Part shown: in pieces, positions 1 through 13,487 of the stretch | Position numbering within the stretch: position 1 is the first letter of the stretch | Layout of the letters: each line of letters opens with the position of its first letter | From: Octopus sinensis | Taxonomy: Eukaryota | Length of the DNA: 64,000 nt | Direction: 5' to 3' | NCBI RefSeq assembly: GCF_006345805.1 | Contig: NC_043002.1 | Coordinates: 89,838,001-89,902,000 of the forward strand | The notes under the pieces: generated by a model | The model's database searches: none | The model's input: only the letters and a program-made list of their open reading frames with translations | Told to the model about the DNA's origin: nothing | Program-made: the position numbers and the translations under genes

Positions 1-1448
1 ACAGATGGCATAGTTGATTAATTTTTTTTTTGTTTTGGGAAATTCTGTAATCTCAAATGGATTGTTGATTATTTCAAAAGAAACTTTTAATACTGTTGAA
101 GCCATCTTACATACTGTGCGAGATAAGAGAGCTATGGTAGACAAAACTTGAATGAATATAATTGGCAATGAAATATTTACAACCCAGTGGCAAAGTTGTA
201 GTAGCAGAAAAAATATTCTGAATTTTTTTCTTTTTCATAAAGATAATCATTTCTGTTAATCATACTATGAATTTATAATGAATTTTATTATATTCGTATT
301 TTCATTATTTTGTTGGCTGTAAAGTTAATGAAAGTGGTTGTTAACATTAGTTTTGTTTGGTCACTGGGTGATTGCTAGCAATGTATTTATTTGTTTGAAG
401 GAGAAATATTGAATATCACTGTTATAAATCTCTATATATGTATTTCATGTTCGGTGACATAGATCTATTGACCTTGTGTTATCAAATTAAAAAGAAAGAA
501 AACTGCAACTATCACTAAACATAACATAAATACAAGAGTATCATCATCATTATCATCACCATCAACAACATCTAACATCCATATAGCAATGGAAATTGTT
601 AAGTCTTAACATCCCACTGGGAACTACAATTAATGAACATTTATGGATAGTGAAATCTTATTTTAATGAATTTCCAACAAAGTTGTTTTACTTTTTTTTT
701 CAAAACAGCATCAGGTTGTGAAAAATGTTTATTCCTTTGAGGAAAATTTGTGTAATTACATTTTTTCTGGAATTATTCCAGTAATTAAAAGCTGATTTAG
801 AAAATATTGTATCAATATAAATTACTGTGTAAATATATTTATTGTTTCTTTGGTCTTCAAACATTCTGTATTTTCCTAGAATTTTTCTATCCCATTTTTG
901 CTGAGTTCCAGTTTATGGAATACAGTGCTTAAGGAAATCTGTTTTATAGAATTAAATCACATCAAAATCTTCCTTTTCTATAGAACCCTCACTTATTTAC
1001 ACTTCTCTTTGCAACACTGAAAATTCTCCTTGGCTTTCTCTGTCTGTCTATCTCTCTTTATCCATTGAATGGTAATTGTGAACTAGTGTCATCATCATGC
1101 AAACAGTGTTCTTGGTTTCCAATCTTCTGTGAAAACATGTCTGGTCATGGGGAAACATTACATTGCTTGGCAACAAGTAAGGGTTGGTGATAGGAAGGGT
1201 ATCCATCTTTTGAAAATTGCTTCAATGAATACATCTGACCCATTTGAGCATAGAAAAGTGACTGTTAAATCACATTGGTGATGATGTGTTTGTGGATTCA
1301 TGGTTTGCGGAAATTGCTTGCATTGATATTAGTTGTTTTTCTTCACAGATAATCTTATTAAGCTTAGATAATGCTTAATCATTGGTGTCCAATTTTGGAA
1401 GGTTCTGTGGCACGTATGTATATGTGTGTGTGTGTGTGTATATATCTA

Positions 1449-2768
1449 ATACCCAAAAAAGGTGATTTGTCCCTTGTCACCAACTACAGGGGCATATCTC
1501 TAATGTCAATTGCTGCAAAACTGTACAACAAACTGATCCTAAATCGTCTTGTCCTTTTTGTTGAACCTTTGCTCTGAAAGAACCAAAATGGATTCAGACA
1601 TGGGCGCTCAATGCTGAGCCAGATACTATGCCTGCGCAGACTTATTGAAGAATCAAAAGCATTTAATCACGATCTTGCAATGGTATTTGTAGACTTTTCT
1701 AAAGCGTTCGATTCTGTAGATAGGTACAAGATGTTTGAAATCCTTAAGCTCTATGGGATACCAGACAAAATTATTTCTGCCATCAAGGTCCTCTACACAG
1801 ATACGTCTTCAACCATCTTAACCCCTGATGGAGAAACATCATCTTTCTCGATCGAAGCCGGAATACTGCAGGGAGACACACTCGCCCCATTTCTTTTCAT
1901 CATTGTTGTTGATTATGTGCTACGTATGTCAGTTGATACCATCTCTGGCAAGGGCTTTGAAATAAAACCAAGAAGAAGTTCCAGACACCCAGCTGAGTAC
2001 TTGACAGACACTGACTTTGCTGACAACATCGCTCTTATCAGTGATTCTCTCTCCAATGCCCAGTCTCTTTTACAATCTCTTGAACAAGCCTCAAATTGTG
2101 TAGGTCTTTACCTCAATGATGCCAAAACTGAATACATAAACAAGTGCCTGTCCAACAGTGATTGCATCATCCACACTCTCAACAGTGCACCTTTAAATAT
2201 GGTTTCTGATTATAAATATCTTGGGTCATACATATCATCATCTGGAAAAGACTTTCTAACTAGAAAGGGTATGGCCTGGTCAGCCTGTAATGACATGCAT
2301 AAGATCTGGTCATCAAATCTAAGTAGAGACTTCAAACTTGAAATATTCAAAGCCACAGTCGAACCAATCCTACTATATGGCTCAGAAACCTGGACGTTAT
2401 CAAAGAAGCTTGAGAGGCGGTTGGATGGAACCTACACTCGCCTCCTTATGAGAGCTCAAAATCTCTCGTGGAGGCGCCATCCAACTAAAATGCAAATGTA
2501 TGGGAAATTACCACCTGTGTCATCTCTTGTGAAAGGTAGGAGAGTCCAGTTTGCTGGACATTGTTGTAGAGCTGAAAAAGAAGTAATTTCTACTCTTCTC
2601 CTCTGGAAGCCATCTACTCGCAACACCAGAGGGCGCACACTCTCCTACCCTGATGTAATCTCCAGGGATACAGACATCCAGCAACAGGACCTCCGTAATG
2701 CTATGATGGACCGTGAAGTCTGGCGCAACATAGTAAATTCCATTGTCTCGACCACGGTCGAACAATGA
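1449..2768 (+). pseudogene. Reverse transcriptase ORF, inactivated
   Basis: One in-frame TGA at 1575-1577; catalytic (F/Y)ADD reads FADN at 2016-2027; no endonuclease domain because of the 5' truncation. Confidence 0.88.
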
Positions 2769-2781
2769 TGATGATGATGAT
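1449..2781 (+). mobile_element. 5'-truncated RTE-clade non-LTR retrotransposon (LINE) with (TGA)n tail
   Basis: ORFs 1371-1577 and 1611-2768 share a frame and give RT motifs IPKKGD..NYRGISL, FVDFSKAFDSV, GILQGDTLAPFLF, FADN, YKYLG and an RTE-like C-terminus (LLYGSETWTL, FAGHC). The stop runs straight into a TGATGATGA tail. Confidence 0.92.
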
Positions 2782-2997
<216 letters not shown>

Positions 2998-3059
2998 GGG
3001 AGAATTCACAAAAAAAACAAAAGACAAATATATATATATATATCTTTACCAATTTTTTT

Positions 3060-3270
3060 TGCTTACTTCTTTCAGTCATTGGACTGTGACCATGCTGGAG
3101 TATTGTTTTGAAAAACTTGTAGTTGAATAAATCAACCCCATTATTCTTTAAGCCTGGTACTTATTCTGTTGGTGCCTTTTGCTGAACTGCTAAGTTATGG
3201 GGATGTAAACACACCAACACCAGTAGTCAAGTGGTGAAAGGAGAACAAAGACAGGCACAAGGACAAACAC
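3060..3270 (-). mobile_element. SINE family A, 3' fragment
   Basis: Reverse complement matches the 3' half of the copy at 13066-13487. Confidence 0.75.
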
Positions 3271-3295
3271 ACTATCTGTCTATCTCTCTCTCTCC

Positions 3296-3380
<85 letters not shown>

Positions 3381-3381
<1 letters not shown>

Positions 3382-3922
3382 CTTATATAAAATCTGTTCT
3401 GTCTGTATGTCTGTGTGTCTTCTTGGGTCTCAGCTTCCTCCATCCGATTGCACTCAAATTTGATATATAGATACCAATGGTATCAGGGCATGTATAAGTC
3501 TTGAAAAAATTACAAAAATCGATTCCAGGTGAGAATGCGATCGATAAAGCCGTTTTCGTCCTGCTTTTCTTCTGTCGACCTGTATATAACTCTACCTTCC
3601 ATTTTTTTTTTTTGTACTGCTTAAAGAAATGTTTCTTTCCTGCCAAGCTTACTATTTAAACCATGCTTGTGTTCTCCCAGTCAACAGCCTTATCATTACT
3701 GGTACTTTAAACTCTTCGGTTGCATATTTGTGTGAATAAAATCGTTTTTCTTTGGAATAGAAAAAAAGTCTATCTTTATTTCTTCTTTTGCTAGTGTCTC
3801 AAATTTAGGTTAAATCAGTGTTTCTCAAAGGGGAGGGCTATGGGACGGTCGGACAAATTGTTTTGAGAAAATTTGGTTTAAATGTTTGACAACACAGCAC
3901 CGTCCGTTGGGGTGTTTTGCTC
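3381..3922 (+). mobile_element. Non-autonomous Helitron-like element (same family as 27997-28499)
   Basis: Starts TCTTATATAAAA followed by (CTGT)n; long shared blocks with the minus-strand copy near 28 kb; decayed 3' hairpin near 3898-3920. Confidence 0.6.
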
Positions 3923-3939
3923 ATATATATATATATTGT

Positions 3940-4325
3940 TTGTTCCTTCTTGAGCCATGCCTGGCTCATTAGGGCCAGTTTCCCGGTTTCCTTGGCATAT
4001 AGGTTCCCCACCTGGATAGGATGCCAATCCGTTGCAGGTGTGCTGCAAGATGCAGGAGGAAAGAGTGAGAGAAAGTCGTGGCGAAAGAGTCAGCAGAAGT
4101 TTGCCATTACCTTCTGCCGGAGCTGCATGGAGCTTAGGTGTTTCGCTCATAAACACACATATCACCTGGTCTGAGATTTGAAGCTGTGATCCCTCGACTG
4201 CAAGTTCTCTGCTCTAACCACTAGGCCATGTGCCTCCACATAAACACACATCGCCTGGTCTGAGATTCGAACCCGTGATCCCTCGACCGTGTGTCTGCTG
4301 CTCTAACCACTAGGCCATGTACCTC

Positions 4326-4328
<3 letters not shown>
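3940..4328 (-). mobile_element. tRNA-derived SINE (head/body C + tail Y) with duplicated tRNA head
   Basis: On the minus strand, A box TGGCCTAGTGG and B box GGTTCGAATC; head repeated at 4148-4238 and 4239-4328; body matches 54516-54710. Confidence 0.8.
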
Positions 4329-4385
<57 letters not shown>

Positions 4386-4714
4386 GTAAAGTCCATTTGC
4401 CAATGCAATGTGGCAGTCCTATGCAAGACTACCACATTATTAATTATTCATTTATTCTATGCTGAAGAAAGATAAAAATCAATTTGGTTGGTGTTGATTA
4501 ATATTCTGTAAAATATATCTGACTCAAGAGACAAAGGTAAAGCATGGATGTTCTCAACATTAACCCTGCCTTCTATGTTGCACAAAAATAGTGGACTGAA
4601 AGATTAACCATGACTTCTTTGTATCATAGCAATGGTGGGCTAATAAATGAACCATATCTTTGTGACACAACAATAGTGGGCTAGTGGATTAACCCTTTGT
4701 TCTTTATAAGATTT

Positions 4715-4935
4715 ATGAGAATGTGCTAACAAGTTTCCTAGCTTTGGGTAAAAGAAAGTACAGGAGAATCAGTTAATTATGATTTTATTCAACATATTCC
4801 CCCTCTCAGATCCACACACTTATTGCAGTAGTCCTTCAGTTTTTCTAAGCCCTGTAAAAGTACTCATAAGGTTGGGCCTCCAACCAGGCCTTTCATGATA
4901 CCCTTAAAGCAAGGAACTTTCCAGCTTCCCCTCAT
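4715..4935. mobile_element. Decayed mariner-type MITE
   Basis: Imperfect TIRs TATGAGAATGTGCTAACAAGTTTCC and GGAACTTTCCAGCTTCCCCTCATA, with TA at the termini. Confidence 0.55.
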
Positions 4936-5972
4936 ACATTTGGGCTATTAAATGAACCCAGTCTTTGTAACACAACACCGGCAAGACAATAAACCCTGTT
5001 TTCTGTGTAACAATGGAATTCACCCAAACATCTTACTATGGTAAAAATTTAATCTTCAGAAATTGCATGTCATGGATAAATTTCCCAAGAATATTTCACA
5101 AAAACAGTCTATTTATATACTGACAATAAGAACCAGGTTAGAAATGTAGTTCAGTGGAAACGGATGTTTTTATTTTATTTAATTGAATAATTTCAACTTT
5201 ATTCCCAGTTGTAGTTATTCAGCCCCAGGTCAACCCTGATTATGCACACCTATTATCTGGTCACTACTGCTGTTCTTGTTAACCCTAAATTGTCCTGGTT
5301 ATGGTGACTAATGACTGAAAAGTTGTGTAGCTATGACTGTTGTCTTTACCCTTTATCTTTTTTTTTTTCAGGAACATATATCCTTCTAACTTACACTACA
5401 TCATGCAACATGTTCTTTTGTTAAGGCTGTAGAATATAGTTTAAGGGAGATTTGGCTGCTATTTCTAGCAGATCAGATGGCTGGTTTTCAACATGCTGTG
5501 GTGTTACATTGTGAGATCTGAACACAGACAGAAAACTGTGTCAGTGAGGGAACTAAGCTAATCTTAACTGACCTAAGGCCTTGTGTTGGTGCTGATTGCT
5601 GGTGGTTTCTGCCGAAACGGTGTTTCATGGCTGACTTTTGATTGATTTAGCAGTTAAGACATCGATTGTGTTTTGAGGTTAGATGTCTGTACTTGATACA
5701 TTAACTCAGTTAATTGATAGACTGGCTTCTGTTTAGCTGGACAGTGGCCATGCAGTAGCGAAGGATGGAGTATAGCAGAGTATATGTGTGTATGTGTGTG
5801 TGTGTGGGGGGGAGAGTATATGGACTGTGTTGGGAGTATTTAAGTGTGTGTGGAAGTGTATTACTGTGTATGGGGGTATGGTGTATAGTATAACAAAGTG
5901 TATCTTTGTGCGTATGAACTGTATGGGGGAGTATAGTGAAACAAGTATGAAGTATATCATGCGAGTGTGTGG

Positions 5973-6178
5973 ATCATCATCATCATCATCATCATTTAAC
6001 GTCCGCTTTCCATGCTAGCATGGGTTGGACGGTTCAGCTGGGGTCTGTGAAGCCAGAAGGCTGCTTCAGTCCCAGTCTGATCTGGCAGTGTTTCTACGGC
6101 TGGATGCCCTTCCTAACGCCAACCACTCCGAGAGTGTAGTGGGTGCTTTTTACGTGCCACCCGCACAGGTGCCAGATG
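5973..6178 (-). mobile_element. RTE-related 3'UTR element with (GAT)n tail
   Basis: (CAT)n-TTTAACGTCCG...GGATGCCCTTCCTAACGCCAACCACTCCG, repeated many times in the window and attached to RTE ORF ends at 9800-10470 and 31985-32838. Confidence 0.8.
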
Positions 6179-6649
6179 GAGCTGGGAAGAGTACATAATG
6201 TGTGTGTATGTGTGTGTGAACTGTATGGTGAGGAGAGAATAGTATAACAAATATAGTGTATTATGCGAGTGTGTGGATAGAGTACATATTGTGTGTGTGT
6301 GTGTGTGTGTGTAAGAGTGAGAGAGAGAGAGAGTATATGGACTGTGTGTAGGAGCATATTGTAAAAGAGTATGTTATATGTGAGAGGGAGAGTATGGTAT
6401 TGCAAAATAAGTATCTTATAGTGTGCACAGGTTAACCACCAGTATCTGTTTGGTTGGACAGTGGTCATACAATAAGGAAACATAATGTGTGTGTGTGTGT
6501 GGTGTGTGTGTGTGTGAGAGATTGATAACTAACATATGGAGATGTGTGTGTGTGAAAGAGATACCTGGATAAAAGAGGGGAATTGTTAAGTGATCATAAC
6601 TCTGTATATCACTGGTATTTTATAGAATCTATCATCATTCTCATCATTC

Positions 6650-7170
6650 TCATCATCATCATCATCATCTTCATCATTTAACATCCGTTTTACATGCTGG
6701 CATGGGTTAGACAATCTGACTGGAGCTGGTAACCTGGAGAGCTGCTCCAATGCTTCAGTTATCTGTTTTGGCTTGGTTTCTATAGCTTGAAGCCCTATCT
6801 AATGCTAACCACTTTACGGTGTGTACTAGGTGTCTTTTACGTGTCACTAGCATGGATGCCTCTTAAATGTATCTGGCACAGGTGCCTTTTGCATGTCACT
6901 GGTATGGGTGCCCTTTTATGTGCCACCAACATGTGTGCCCTTCTACATGCCATCAGCATGGGTGTCCTTTTATGTGTCACTGGCACAAGTGCCCTTTTAC
7001 ATGTTACCAGCACAGGTGCTCTATTATGTGTCACCAGCACAGGTGCTCTTTTACATGTCACCAGCACAGGTGCTCTATTATGTGTCATTGGCACAGGTGC
7101 CTTTTATGTGGCGGCAGCACTGGCTACAGTTATGATTTCATTTAGCTTGATGTGTCTTCACGAGCACAGC
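6650..7170 (-). mobile_element. RTE-related 3'UTR element with internal ~30-bp tandem array
   Basis: Same 3' end as 5973-6178; about nine diverged units like GGTGCTCTTTTACATGTCACCAGCACA at 6830-7120. Confidence 0.75.
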
Positions 7171-7275
7171 AAATCTACAAATATCTCACCTGGCTAGATT
7201 TATATTCCGTGTTGACAGAAATGTGATGAACGATAGAAGTAAGAGGTCCAATGTGTACAACACATTGATTGTAAC

Positions 7276-7307
<32 letters not shown>

Positions 7308-8429
7308 GGACATAATCTTTGTTGGATGTGTGAGATACAAAAAGACGTTAAATAAAATTGTTACTGTTTCTGAACAAAATGTTTTTTCTTCTTCTTGTGA
7401 AGAACTCCAACAATATTTCTAATAGAAACCAAAATAGATTTATAACAATGGTTGTGAAAATAGCTGAAAGAAAGTAGCCATTTTATCATAATTATCAACT
7501 TTCATTAGTTTAACGTCAGCTTTGCCTCACTGCTATGATACGGTATGGGGAAATATCTTTGTTTTTTTCTTCATTTCCATCATTCTTTGCCTTTTTTTCC
7601 TGTTCAAATTTCGTTCATGTTATCAGAATTCTTTACACTCTGGCTCCCCACTAATCTGCATCATGGCACCGTTTGCAGATACTGTCATTCATTATTGTTA
7701 TCAGTGACCGTTATTAGCAGAAAGTATTCACTTTTTCTACTCACTTACTGTCTGCTTTTTACAGAAAATGTGAAAAGTTAGAAATAAAGAAATTATAAGA
7801 AATGATTAAAATATCCAACAAAGAAAAACGGAAAACAATGTTAATAACATTGAAACACAAATATACTGTGAAACCAAAACATTTATTATTGTATCGGCAG
7901 CTCAGTGCTAGAAATACTCACCTGTTCACAAATGAGCAATCTTCCTGGTTGACAACAGGGAACACACCAGCTTCAGAAAGGAGTTTCTGGTAGATGTCTG
8001 CCTGGTTGACAATGTAGGTAACTCTGATTTCAGATCTTAAATGTCTTCTAGTAGGAAAGACATCCAGTTATGCCTGATGATGAAACCTCCACATGGTCAG
8101 TGACCTTCAAGAAATAATAGCAAAATATTCCTCAAATGGTACCCTGCCATCTTGGGGGACAAAAAAAGGACACATTGACTAAGATATAAATACAAAATGG
8201 AATGGTCATAGTTAAGGCTAAACAGCAGCTCTTAGTATTTTTGCCTATACTGTACCACACAGCACATTGATCCATTCATATGCACTGTGGTGTACTGAGT
8301 TCTGTTCCTTACTGCACATTCATCCATCTTTGCCCACCGTTGTCTACTGGGTTCTTTGGACAGCTTTCATAGGATACTAGTTGAAAAGGGGGTTGAAGAA
8401 GAAGTGAAGTTACCTTCTCAAATTATGCC

Positions 8430-8632
8430 AACTCATAAGGGTAGTTTCCCAGTTTCCATGGAAATATCTATTCCCCACCTGGTAGGGAAACCAGTCTGTC
8501 ACAGGATTACTCATTTTTGCCAGCTGAGTGGACTGGAGCAACATGAAATGAAGTGTTTTTCTCAAGAACACAACACGTTGCCCGGACCAGGAATCGAAAC
8601 CAAAATCTTACAATCATGAGTTCAATATCCAA
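8430..8632 (-). mobile_element. tRNA-derived SINE (body B + tail Y), partial
   Basis: Body matches 31720-31790; tail matches 3965-4040. Confidence 0.7.
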
Positions 8633-9799
8633 ACTTGTTGAAAAGAGGTTGTTGATTCCACATTCTATCCTCTTCCACTTCTTGGGGATATGGTACACTG
8701 TGACTGGCCCTTCATGACCCACATCACAACAGAGTGCAGCCAATATAATACCACAATAGTGATGGATCAATCCTAGCTTATGACCAGTTCTTTATTTATT
8801 GACTCTAGAAGGATAAAGGTGAAGTTGACCGCAGTGGGATTTGAACTCAGAGCACAAAGTGAGAGCAGTTAGTACGAGGTATTTATCTGACATTTGAACA
8901 ATTCCTTTAACCAAACTACTGTTTTCTAATATTACAATGATGTCCTCATTTACAAAACACCAGTCTTTCTACAGAACCAGATATAAATAAAAGTGAAATA
9001 TAAAATTGCGACAATTAATTTTGCCATATTCCAAAATAAAATTTCAAGCAGTGTGTGTGTGTGTGTGTGTGTGTATGTAAGTGTTTCTGTACATGTATGT
9101 GCAGGAAAGGAGAACTTTTTGAAACTTACTAAAATATTTAGCAACAGACTAGATAAAAATCGATATCAGTCTGACCTGGTCCTATATTATAAAATCTATG
9201 AGCAGTATCTCAATACACACATCATCATGATCATCATCATTTACTTCAAGACATGGTCTTAATTCAGGAAATGTAATAATACCAAAGTTCTATATTAGAA
9301 ACCATGGCAGTAGATTTATGAAGCAAAAAAGGAATGATACAATTTAAGAGACCAGATATGGTTTGTAATTACTATTGAAACAGGTAAATACTAAACTCCC
9401 TGTGGATAATGATGAATGAAACAGGAAAATATTAGCATCAGGCTGGTCAAAGCCTTGTGAATAGATTTGGTAGATGTAAACTGAAAAGAATTTTGCATGA
9501 TTTTTGTAAATGAACGTCAATCACTTCTCCAATATCCCACGGAAACGCATCTGGTTATGGGGAAATATTACCTTGCTTGGAAACAGCTGAAGGTTGGTAA
9601 CAGGAGGAGAAATCTGGCTGTAGAAAGCCTGTTTCAATAAATTCTATTCAAACCATGCAAGTATGGAAAAGTGAATGTTAAAAAAACGATGATGATGATA
9701 ATGATGATTCTGTTTTTCAACCAAATTGTTTACCAGTTACAAAGTTGCTTCTATTCAGTAACTTTGTTGTTGTTTTCTTGTATTCAACTCCTAGACAAC

Positions 9800-10470
9800 C
9801 CATGATGAACTTTTTAAAAGAAGGCTTGAAAGAAATGAAGCTAGCATGCTCTGGATGGGTAATGTCAGTGTGCATGCACAACAGAGTGTAAGTGATTTAA
9901 GAAAAATACTGGGTATAAGAGGCATCAGATGTTGTATGCAAGAGAGAAGACTGTGGTCATGTGGTTTGGTCATGTGATGTGTATGGATGAGGACAGCTGC
10001 ATAAAGAAGTGCAAGCTCTAATTATGAAGGGGTGTAGACCTAGGAAGACATGGGATGAAGTGGTGAGAAAGGATCTTCAGACACTGAGCCTCACAGAGAA
10101 AATGACAAGGGACCAGATGTGGGGATTTGCTGTACTATACTTGATAAGACATGTCGAGCTAAGTAAAACTGCTGTCTTCTACACATACAAGCTTGTCCTT
10201 TCAGGTGCTAGTGCCACTTAAAAAGCTGGTGCTGTATTAACACACCTGTGCTGGTGCTGCATTAATGCACCTGTGCTGGTGGCACGTAATAAGCACCCAG
10301 CACACTCTGTTAAGTGATTGGCATTAGGAAGGGCATCCAACTGTAAAAACCATCCTACAACAGACAGTTGGAGTCTGGACAGCTCCCAGCTGGCCAGCTT
10401 CATGTCAAACTGTCCAATTCATGCTGGAATGGAAAGCAGATGTTAAGCGATGACAATGATGATAATACTG
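9800..10470 (+). mobile_element. Decayed RTE LINE 3' end (ORF end plus 3'UTR)
   Basis: Translates in pieces to GIRGIRCCMQERRL..GHV..MDEDSCIK and RPRKTWDEVVRKDL, followed by the shared 3'UTR and GAT tail. Confidence 0.75.
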
Positions 10471-10715
10471 ATGAACGATGCTATAAAACCAAACACAATG
10501 CTGTTATGTCCCAGGTAAGACATGATAGGATCAAAGATGTCAAATTATAACCATCCACCCTTAATTAAAATTTTTTTTTAACTGTAAAACAACGATTGGT
10601 TTTAATATTGATCTCATAGATTATTGACAAAAATGGTAATACAATGGAACAAAGGATGTTTAATGGCTCACATCAATCAAATTGTCAGAAATCTTAGATA
10701 TAAACACAGATTTGC

Positions 10716-11422
10716 TGGCCGACCAAAGTATTGTGAGTGGATTTGATAGAAGGAAACTGAAAGAAGCCTGTTATATATATGTTTGTATGTGTGTATCTTT
10801 CTTCCCCATCACTTCTTGGCAACCAGTATTGGTTTGTTTACATCCCTGTAACTTAGTGGTTTGGCAAATGAAACCAATGTAATAAGTACCAGCCTTAAAA
10901 ACAATATGCACTGGGGTTGACTCATTTGACTAAAACCCTTCAAGGTGGTACTCCAGCATGGCTGCGATCCAGTGACTTTAAGAGTGAACGGTAAAGTATA
11001 AAAGTCTACATAGGCACAGGCGTGGCTGTGTGGTAAAAAGCTTACTTCCCAACCACATGGTTCTGGGTTCAATTCCATTGTGCAGTGCCTTAGGCAAGTG
11101 TCTTCTACTGTAGCGTTGGGCTGATCAAAACTTTGTGATGGATTTGGTAGACGGAAACTGAAAGAAGCCTGTTGTATATATACATGTGTGTGTGTATGTG
11201 TGTGTGTGTGTGTGTCTTTGTGTTTCTTTCTCACCACTGCTTCACAACCAGCATTATTGTGTTTATGTCCCCCATAACTTAGCAGTTCAGCAAAAGAGAC
11301 TGATAGAATAAATACCAAGCTTAAAAAAAGGAAAAGGTATTGGGGGTCAATTCCTTTGACTAAAAGTTCTTCAAGGTGGTGCTCCAGTATGGCCGGTATC
11401 TAATGATTGAAACAAGTAAAAG
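10716..11422 (+). mobile_element. Two tandem SINE family A copies (headless, then full-length from 11011)
   Basis: A box TGGCTGTGTGG, B-box-like GGTTCAATTCC, central (TG)n and tail GAAACAAGTAAAAG. Confidence 0.8.
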
Positions 11423-11976
11423 GTAAATGGAACATCATGAGTGAACTACTACAGCCCATGGGAATTTCTGACTGGCACACCTGATGAAAAATTACCTTGA
11501 ATTTTTTGGGGGTAGTATGGTCTGCTTGATGATAAGCCATCTCTAGTGTGGCCTGCTTCTTGAGAAATGGTTGTCCATGGCTGGTTTATATGGTTGATCG
11601 AACTGCTAGAAATAGCAGCAGAAATCTCACTCAAATTACATCCAACTATTTTTAAAAGAATGAAAACAAATTGGTTGATATCATCTGTAGAAAGTTTTGG
11701 CATGGTTACAGCTGGAGTGTGTATGTGTGTGTGTGTGTGTGTTTCTGTGTTTGTAAAAAATCATCACACTTGTGCTTATATTGAAAACATAAAAGAATAT
11801 ATAAAATGTGCATATACAAAACATTGTGTATGAGTGTGTCTGTGTGTATAAATATATATATATATTATATATATATATATCATCATCATCATCATCGTTT
11901 AACATCCGCTTTCCATGCTAGCATAGTATATATATGCATAGTATATATATATATATATTATATATATATATATAAT

Positions 11977-12050
<74 letters not shown>

Positions 12051-12059
12051 CATATACAT

Positions 12060-12450
12060 AAGCGCTGAAGTGGCTGTGTGGTAAGTAGTTGCTTACCAAC
12101 CGCATAATTCCGGGTTCAGTCCCACTGCATAGTACCTTGGGCAAGTGTCTTCTACTAAAGCTTTGGGCTGACCAAAGCCTTGTGAGTGGATTTGGTAGAC
12201 AGAAACTGAAAGAAGCCTGTTGTATATATATATATATATAGCATGTGAGTTTATGTGTCTGTGTTTGTACCCCCCACCATTGATTGACAACTAATGTTGG
12301 TTTGTTTTTGTTTCCCGTAACTTAGCGGTTCGACAAAAGAAACCTTTATAATAAGTACTAGGCTTACAAAGAATAAGTCCTGGGGTTGATTTGTTTGACT
12401 AAAGGCGGTGCTCTAGCATGGCTGCAGTCAAATGACTGAAATAAAAAAAA
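12060..12450 (+). mobile_element. tRNA-derived SINE family A
   Basis: Full-length match to 13066-13487. Confidence 0.88.
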
Positions 12451-12809
12451 ATAATGTCCATAGATATGCGTATAAAAATATCTATATACACATTATGTAT
12501 GTGAGTCTGTGTATGTATATATATATATATATGTATATATATGCAATACACACATTATGCATGTATATGTGTGTGTGTGTATGTGTATATATATAAATAT
12601 AATAGCCCAGGTGGGAGGATCCTTACAAGTATGCATATTGTTACAGTTGGAGCTTTTTTATGATATTAAATACTTTTCTTACAACTATTTATTGAATCAA
12701 AAATGTATTGGATCTCTTTGTTAATTGAACAGACGGAGACAAGCAGAATTTATTAGTTCACAGTAATAGCTGTAGTCTTAAGATTTTGAACTCACAAATT
12801 GTCCAGGTC

Positions 12810-13033
12810 CTTAACCCATATTAGCATTTAAACTGGTCATACCAGCCCGAAATATTGTTCTACGTTCAAACCAGCCAGGTCTGGCCTCTCACACTTAATC
12901 AACAATGTCATTCTAAAAATAAACACCTGCATCATTGAAATCTCAAAGCTATGAGATAACGCATAATTAATGCAAGACAGTGTGAATAAATATGCATCAC
13001 CATTGACGAAGCAATCTGAATGCTGATGAGTTA
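12810..13033. mobile_element. TTAA-flanked piggyBac-type MITE, decayed
   Basis: TTAACCC...GAGTTAA ends; homologous to 19545-19773 and 56048-56266. Confidence 0.65.
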
Positions 13034-13065
13034 ACTTGCACAGTTAAATTTTGTGGAGTGACTTA

Positions 13066-13230
13066 TAGGCGCAGGAGTGGCTGTGTGGTAAGTAGCTTGC
13101 TTACCAACCACATGGTTCCGGGTTCAGTCCCACTGTGTGGCATCTTGGGCAAGTGTCTTCTGCTATAGCCTCGGATCGACCAATGCCTTGTGAGTGGATT
13201 TGGTAGACGGAAACTGAAAGAAGTCTGTCG

Positions 13231-13269
<39 letters not shown>

Positions 13270-13487
13270 ATATGTTTGCGTGTCTGTATTTGTCCCTCTA
13301 GCATTGCTTCTTGACAACCGATGCTGGTGTGTTTACGTCCCCGTCACTTAGCGGTTCGGCAAAAGAGACCGATAGAATAAGTACTGGGCTTACAAAGAAT
13401 AAGTCCCGGGGTCGATTTGCTTGACTAAAGGCAGTGCTCCAGCATGGCCGCAGTCAATTGACTGAAACAAGTAAAAGAGTAAAGAGT
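13066..13487 (+). mobile_element. tRNA-derived SINE family A, near-consensus copy
   Basis: A box TGGCTGTGTGG, B box GGTTCAGTCCC, CORE-like TTGGGCAAGTG, internal (TA)n/(TG)n and an AAGAGT-repeat tail; more than 12 related copies in the window. Confidence 0.9.

Noticed and set aside
7640-7710. Short hairpin ATCTGCA..TGCAGAT in unique sequence as a miRNA or structured RNA
   Set aside because: The stem is too short for a pre-miRNA and matches no family I recognise.
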